A stretch of DNA of 64,000 bases from Alphaproteobacteria bacterium (GTDB lineage Bacteria; Pseudomonadota; Alphaproteobacteria; Bin95), in contig OZ219788.1 of NCBI GenBank assembly GCA_964291285.2, positions 160,001-224,000 of the forward strand, given 5' to 3'. A program made the translations under genes and the position numbers. Below are positions 59,111 through 64,000 of this stretch, one piece after another (the first letter of the stretch is position 1; every line of letters begins with the position of its first letter). The notes under the pieces are model-generated. The model was not told the DNA's origin, searched no databases, and saw nothing but the letters and a program-made list of their open reading frames with translations.

Positions 59111-59737
59111 TCAGCCGAGCAGCGCGCCCTCCAGCGCCTCGACGGTGAAGGCCAGGCCGATGCCGACGCATACCGCGCCCGCAAGCCGCGGCTGCAGGGC
59201 CGCGGCAGAGCCGGCTTTCCACACGCCCCGCACCAGGGCGGCGGCGGCGAGCGCAATGACCATCTGCACGGCCGCAAGGCCGACCAGATAGGCGAGGACC
59301 GGCGTCGGCTCCGCGCCGATGACGGCCTCGCCATAGGCCGCGCCGTGGAAGAGGCCGGCCAGGGCGAACAGCGGCGCTGCGGCGGGCGCCGGCAGGCCGC
59401 GCCCGAACAGCACCATGCCGCCGAGCAGCAACACTGAAAGCGCAATGACCGGCTCGACCATCGGCAGGGCCACCGAGCCGACCGTGAGCAGGCAGCCCCC
59501 CGTCATGCCGGTGACGGCTGCAAGCGGCGGCGCCCAGATATTGCGCATGAAGGCCGCCGCCAGGCCGACCGCCGCGACGAAGGCGAAATGGTCGATCCCG
59601 ATCACGGGATGGCCGATGCCGGAAAGCAGCCCGTGCATGAAGGTCGCCGGCACCGCGCCGCCCATCGGGTGGTGGGCGAAGGCGGGCGCGGCGGCAAACA
59701 ACAGCGGCAGGGCGGCCAGAGCGATGCGGGACGGCAT
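59111..59737 (-). CDS. HupE/UreJ family metal permease
   Basis: AFAHH, SGIGHPVIGIDH, GLFHGAAYG. Confidence 0.9.
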   Translation of the reverse strand: MPSRIALAALPLLFAAAPAFAHHPMGGAVPATFMHGLLSGIGHPVIGIDHFAFVAAVGLAAAFMRNIWAPPLAAVTGMTGGCLLTVGSVALPMVEPVIALSVLLLGGMVLFGRGLPAPAAAPLFALAGLFHGAAYGEAVIGAEPTPVLAYLVGLAAVQMVIALAAAALVRGVWKAGSAAALQPRLAGAVCVGIGLAFTVEALEGALLG

Positions 59738-59892
59738 TGGCGCGGTATCCTCTATAAGCGGAATCGAAGGGCGGACCCTACAATTGCATTTTTCTATTGT
59801 CGATGCCCGGCCGGGGCGGGACGTGTATTCCCGGGGCGCGGCCCGGCGGTAATCTGCGCCCGGCCGGACCAAACCCGGGAGACGGAGGTTCG

Positions 59893-60819
59893 ATGGCGCT
59901 TGGAGTCGCAGGCATGCGGGTCGGAATGTGGACCGACCCGGTCCATCACACGGGCTGCACCGTGGTCCTGCCGCCGGCCGGGACCGTGGGCGGCATCGCG
60001 GTGCGCGGCGGCGCGCCCGGCACGCGCGAGGCGGCCGTGCTCGGGCCCTCGGCGCCGAACGAAGCCTGCCATGCGGTCCTGCTTTGCGGGTCGAGCCTGT
60101 TCGGCCTCCGCGCCGCCGACGGGGTGGTGGACTGGTGCGAGACGCAGGGCATCGGCCTCGCGCTGGCGGCGGGCCGGTTTCCCATTGTGGGCGCAGCGGT
60201 GGTGTTCGACGTCCGCAGCCCGGACATGCGCCGCATCGACCGGGAGGCGGGCCGGGCGGCCTGCGAGGCGGCGACCGGGGACGAGCCTGCCAGCGGGTCC
60301 GTCGGCGTCGGCGCCGGCTGCACGGTCGGCAAGGAGGCGGGGCCCGCCTAGGCGAGCAAGGGCGGCCAGGGGAGCGCGGTGCGGCGGGTCGGCAGCCTTG
60401 CGGTGGGCGCGCTGGTGGCGGTGAACGCGCTCGGCAGCGTGCTGGGTGAAGACGGCCGGGTGCTCGCCGGCTGCCGCGCGCCAGAGGACGTGCCGCGCTA
60501 TCCCTACGCCGGACGGCCGGACAGTCCGTCCGACACCGTCATCGGCTGCATCGCAACCAATGCCCGGCTGCGGAAGCCGGAAGCCTGCCGCGTCGCGGAC
60601 CTCGCCCATACCGGCATCGCGCGGACGGTCTTGCCCGCCCACACAAGCCTCGACGGCGACGCGCTCTTCACGCTCGCAACCGGAGACGTCGAGGCCGGCC
60701 TCGACCTTGTTGCGGAACTCGCGGCCCGGGCCGTAGCGGACGCCGTCCGCGCAGCCGCGCGCCATGCCCGGGGCATCCCCGGCTTCCCCGCCGATCCGAG
60801 GGCGCAGCGCGTGACCTGA
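59893..60819 (+). pseudogene. P1/S58 (DmpA-like) peptidase interrupted by an in-frame TAG at 60349-60351
   Basis: TGCTVV, RGGAPGTRE, GSVGVGAGCTVGKEAGPA*ASKGGQGS, VNALG, IATNA, HTSLDGD are all in one frame. Confidence 0.8.
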
Positions 60820-60859
60820 TCCGGATTTCTCACGCTTGACTTCGCCCAATCCGACTCCT

Positions 60860-60877
60860 GTTTTATATGCATAAAAC
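60860..60877. promoter_or_regulatory. Dyad upstream of the TA operon (probable autorepression operator)
   Basis: GTTTTAT-ATGC-ATAAAAC, 13 bp before the antitoxin ATG. Confidence 0.55.
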
Positions 60878-60890
60878 CAAATAGACGCCC

Positions 60891-61148
60891 ATGCACACGA
60901 CCCACCTGCGCCGGGCCGGCGGTTCGGTCATGCTTGCAGTGCCGCCTGCCCTTCTCGACCTCCCGAATCCCGGAATCGGGGCCAAAATGGATATCGGCAT
61001 TGAGGACGGCCGCCTGATCGTCGCGCCCAGGGCCCGGCCCCATTACTCGCTCGACGGGCTTCTGGCGCAATGCGACGAGGATTCGGTCATTTCGGCCGAC
61101 GACCGCTCATGGCTTGCCTCAAGCCCGGTCGGCAAAGAACTGCTGTAG
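60891..61148 (+). CDS. AbrB/MazE (PemI-like) antitoxin
   Basis: LRRAGGSVMLAVPPALL...GRLIVAP...YSLDGLLAQCD. Confidence 0.9.
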   Translation: MHTTHLRRAGGSVMLAVPPALLDLPNPGIGAKMDIGIEDGRLIVAPRARPHYSLDGLLAQCDEDSVISADDRSWLASSPVGKELL

Positions 61149-61480
61149 TGGAACGCGGGGCGATCTGGCTCGTCAGCCTGGACCCCGCTGCCGGCCATGA
61201 ACAACAGGGCACGCGCCCGGTGTTGATCGTGTCCCCTGCCGCCTTCAACCGGGTGACCGGTACGCCGGTCGTCCTGCCGATCACGACGGGGGGAGGCTTC
61301 GCGCGCCGTCGAGCGTTCGCCGTATCCCTGGAGAATGCCGGAACCCGGACGACGGGCGCTATCCGCTGCGACCAGCCACGCGCCCTCGACCTTGCCGCCC
61401 GCAAGGGAAGGCGTCTCGAATCCGTGTCCGAACCCATCGTGGAGGATGTGCTCGCCCGCCTTGCCGCCATTCTCGAATAG
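61148..61480 (+). CDS. PemK/MazF family endoribonuclease toxin
   Basis: RGAIWLVSLDPAAGHEQQGTRPVLIVSPAAFN, PITT, CDQPRALD. Confidence 0.93.
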   Translation: MERGAIWLVSLDPAAGHEQQGTRPVLIVSPAAFNRVTGTPVVLPITTGGGFARRRAFAVSLENAGTRTTGAIRCDQPRALDLAARKGRRLESVSEPIVEDVLARLAAILE

Positions 61481-61497
61481 CCGGCTCCGACCCGCCC

Positions 61498-62004
61498 TCA
61501 AACCACCGCCGGGCTTCGCCTTTCCAGCAGCATGACGTCGCGCCATTCGCCGGCCAGCGGGCCGTGGGTCATGCGACCGAGGCGTTCGCGGACGCCGACC
61601 TGGCGGAAGCCGAATTTGCGGTGGAGCGCGATGCTGGCGGCGTTCTCCGGGAAAATGCCGGCCTGAAGCGTCCAGAGGCCGGCCGCTTCCGACGATTCGA
61701 TCAGCGCGCCGAGCAGCCGGTCGCCGACGCCCCGGCCGCGCACGCCGTCCGCCAGATAGATCGAGACCTCCCCGACGCCGGCATAGACCGGCCGGGAGGA
61801 CACCGGCGACAGCGCCGCCCAGCCGACGACCGCGCCGCCCTCTTCCGCCACCAGCCGGCAGCATTCGAGATGGCCGGCATCCCATTCCTCCCATGCGGGC
61901 ACGGTCTCCTGGAAGCTCGCATGGCCGGTGGCGATGCCGCCGCCGTAGATCGCGAGCACGGCAGGGCCGTCCGCCGCCCGCATCGACCGGATGTCAACCA
62001 TCAT
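61498..62004 (-). CDS. GNAT acetyltransferase (phosphinothricin/YncA-like)
   Basis: SIY...RGRGVG, IFPENAASIALHRKFGFRQVG, WRDV. Confidence 0.9.
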   Translation of the reverse strand: MMVDIRSMRAADGPAVLAIYGGGIATGHASFQETVPAWEEWDAGHLECCRLVAEEGGAVVGWAALSPVSSRPVYAGVGEVSIYLADGVRGRGVGDRLLGALIESSEAAGLWTLQAGIFPENAASIALHRKFGFRQVGVRERLGRMTHGPLAGEWRDVMLLERRSPAVV

Positions 62005-62516
62005 TCGTCATAGACGACGAGGCTGACGACCGGCGCGTCGATCCGCGCCCGGCCGCCGAGAAAGCCGAGCTCCACCAGACAGACCGCGCCCCGCACGTCC
62101 GCGCCGATGCGCCGCAGGAGTTCGATGCCGGCGCCGAAGGTGCCGCCGGTGGCGAGCAGGTCGTCCACCACCACCACCCGCTCGCCCGGCCGGACCGCGT
62201 CCGCCTGGATTTCGATGGTGTCGGTCCCATATTCGAGGTCGTAGTGATGCGAGACCACATCGCCCGGCAGCTTGCCGTGCTTGCGCAGCATGGTGAAGCC
62301 GATGCCGAGCCGGTCCGCCACCGGGGCCGACACCAGGAAGCCGCGCGCCTCGATGCCTGCCAGCCGGTCGGCGCCGAAATCCTCCACGGCCTCGCAGAGC
62401 CGGTCCACGGCGTAGCGCCAGGCCCTGCCGTTCCCGATCAGGGTCGAGATGTCGTAGAACAGGATGCCGGGCTTCGGGTAGTCGGGGATCGTCCGGATGC
62501 AGGATTTGAGGTCCAT
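62001..62516 (-). CDS. apt: Adenine phosphoribosyltransferase
   Basis: IPDYPKPGILFYDI, EARGF, RKHGKLP, YDLEYG, VVDDLLATGGT. Confidence 0.96.
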   Translation of the reverse strand: MDLKSCIRTIPDYPKPGILFYDISTLIGNGRAWRYAVDRLCEAVEDFGADRLAGIEARGFLVSAPVADRLGIGFTMLRKHGKLPGDVVSHHYDLEYGTDTIEIQADAVRPGERVVVVDDLLATGGTFGAGIELLRRIGADVRGAVCLVELGFLGGRARIDAPVVSLVVYDE

Positions 62517-63012
62517 GAACGGTCTCGCGGGTGAGGGTCCGGAAGGAAGCCTAGAACATCGCCGCCGCAAGCCCAACGGTCCGACGGGCCTGCTGCTGGC
62601 GCTCTCCGCCCTGCTGCTCGCGCCGGGGCTGGTCCTGCCGGCGATCACGATCGAACGCCTCTGGTTCGGGACCGACTATTCGATCCTGGCCGCGGTCGCA
62701 GCGCTCGCCCGTGAAGGAAACTGGTTCCTCGCGCTTGTCATCGGGGCGTTCTCGGTCGCTTTCCCCGTCGCGAAGCTCGTCTTCGCCGGGTTGGCGTGGA
62801 TGTCCCGCAGCACGGGAGGGCGCATGGTCGCGGCGATGGGCGCGGTCTCGAAATACTCGATGCTGGACGTGTTCATCGTCGCGCTCACCGTTCTGGTGCT
62901 GGACGGGCGGCTGCTGACCAGCGCTTCCGCCGGCCCCGGCATCTTCTGCTTCGCGGCCTCGGTGCTGCTCTCGACCTGGGCGCTGGCCCGGCTCGGTCAG
63001 GCCGAACGCTGA
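62515..63012 (+). CDS. Paraquat-inducible protein A family membrane protein; start uncertain
   Basis: FSVAFPVAKL, SKYSMLDVFIVAL, GPGIFCF. Confidence 0.8.
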   Translation: MNGLAGEGPEGSLEHRRRKPNGPTGLLLALSALLLAPGLVLPAITIERLWFGTDYSILAAVAALAREGNWFLALVIGAFSVAFPVAKLVFAGLAWMSRSTGGRMVAAMGAVSKYSMLDVFIVALTVLVLDGRLLTSASAGPGIFCFAASVLLSTWALARLGQAER

Positions 63013-63725
63013 ACCGCCAACGCCGCCAGCCGGCGTTCGTCGAGCTCGGCGCGGATGCGCAGCAGCAGCACCGTCGCCCAGAAGAACAGGAAGGCGGCAT
63101 ACATCACCAGCAGCGGGCGCAGCATCGCCGGGTCGAGGGCCGGCGCGCCGAAGCGGCTGACGCTCGCCGGCTGGTGCAGCGTGTGCCACCAGTCCACCGA
63201 GAACTTGATAATCGGGAGGTTGACCGCGCCGACCAGCGCCAGCACCGCCGCCGCCCGCCCGGCCCGGCGCGGGTCGTCGAAGGCCCGCCAGAGCGCCATG
63301 TAGCCGATATAGAGGAACAGCAGCACGAGCACGGAGGTGAGGCGCGCGTCCCACACCCACCATGTGCCCCAGGTCGGCAGGCCCCAGAGCGACCCGGTGA
63401 CGAGCGCGACGAGGGTGAAGCCGGCCCCCGGCGCGGCCGAGGCCTTGGCCGTGAGTTCGGCCAGCGGATGGCGCCAGATGAGCGCGCCCGCGCTCGCCAG
63501 CGCCATGACCGCGTAGGTGCTGAGCGCCATCCACGCCGCCGGGACGTGCACATACATGATGCGCACCGAGTCCTTCTGCTGGTAGTCGATGGGGGAGTCG
63601 ACCAGCGCCAGCCAGAGCCCGGCGATGAAGGCCGCCGCCGACAGGCCCGCCGTCCAGGGCAGGACGCGCCCGGCGAAACGGCGGAAGCGGCCGGGATTGG
63701 CGAGGCGGTGCAGGCTGCGGGCCAA
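62997..63725 (-). CDS. ccmC: Heme exporter protein C
   Basis: MYVHVPAAW, WGTWWVWDARLTS, SVDWWHTLHQ. Confidence 0.96.
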   Translation of the reverse strand: MARSLHRLANPGRFRRFAGRVLPWTAGLSAAAFIAGLWLALVDSPIDYQQKDSVRIMYVHVPAAWMALSTYAVMALASAGALIWRHPLAELTAKASAAPGAGFTLVALVTGSLWGLPTWGTWWVWDARLTSVLVLLFLYIGYMALWRAFDDPRRAGRAAAVLALVGAVNLPIIKFSVDWWHTLHQPASVSRFGAPALDPAMLRPLLVMYAAFLFFWATVLLLRIRAELDERRLAALAVQRSA

Positions 63726-63730
63726 GGGTC

Positions 63731-64000
63731 CTATTGCTCCACGGCGTGACGGAGTGCGGCTGCGGCCGCCGCCGGCGCCAGCGCCAGCGCGGCCAGCGAC
63801 AGCGCGGCCAGCAGGGCGAGCGCGCCCTCCCGGCCTTCGGCGGCGGCGGCCCCGAAGATCAGGACGGGGATATAGAGCGGCAGCACCAGAACGGCCGTCA
63901 AGACCCCCACGAGCCGCGCGCCGAGCGTGAGCGCCGCGCCGGCCGCGCCGATGAGCGTGAGTGCGGGCGTGCCGATGAGGAAGGAAAGCGCGAGCAGACC
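63731..64000 (-). CDS. ccmB: Heme exporter protein B, C-terminal part (runs off the window edge)
   Basis: Manual translation: IGTPALTLIGAAGAALTLG...LVLPLYIPVLIFG...AALRHAVEQ*. Confidence 0.9.
   Translation of the reverse strand, partial: GLLALSFLIGTPALTLIGAAGAALTLGARLVGVLTAVLVLPLYIPVLIFGAAAAEGREGALALLAALSLAALALAPAAAAAALRHAVEQ

Noticed and set aside
60349-60351. In-frame TAG as pyrrolysine
   Set aside because: Not a methylamine methyltransferase, no pyl genes are visible, and TAG terminates other genes normally.

Overview
High-GC alphaproteobacterial chromosome segment (Rhodospirillales-like gene content; a marine or host-associated lifestyle is suggested by a DddL DMSP lyase and a reductive dehalogenase). 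It is mostly housekeeping and transport genes: typA, leuB, a BMP-type ABC transporter, npdG-cofE-cofD-plsY-dprA-topA-rnr, fbaB, tRNA-Arg(CCT), a Liv-type ABC operon, msbA-waaA-lpxK, a CueR copper locus, a MoxR/VWA pair, apt and ccmBC. Mobile DNA comprises two tail-to-tail IS1634-family elements sharing one target site, a frameshifted IS5-family element, and palindromic repeats. The most notable observations are: (1) a stand-alone ORF resembling the BECR-type nuclease tail of phage MuF proteins, followed with no gap by a 78-nt four-helix, cloverleaf-like element, a candidate RNase plus RNA antitoxin module; (2) an AhpD-like selenoprotein with an in-frame UGA (CxxU) and a SECIS-like hairpin, which the ORF track splits in two; (3) a TAT-less reductive dehalogenase paired with an unknown protein; (4) two genes broken by single in-frame stops. 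Family calls come from motif recognition by eye; no database search was run.
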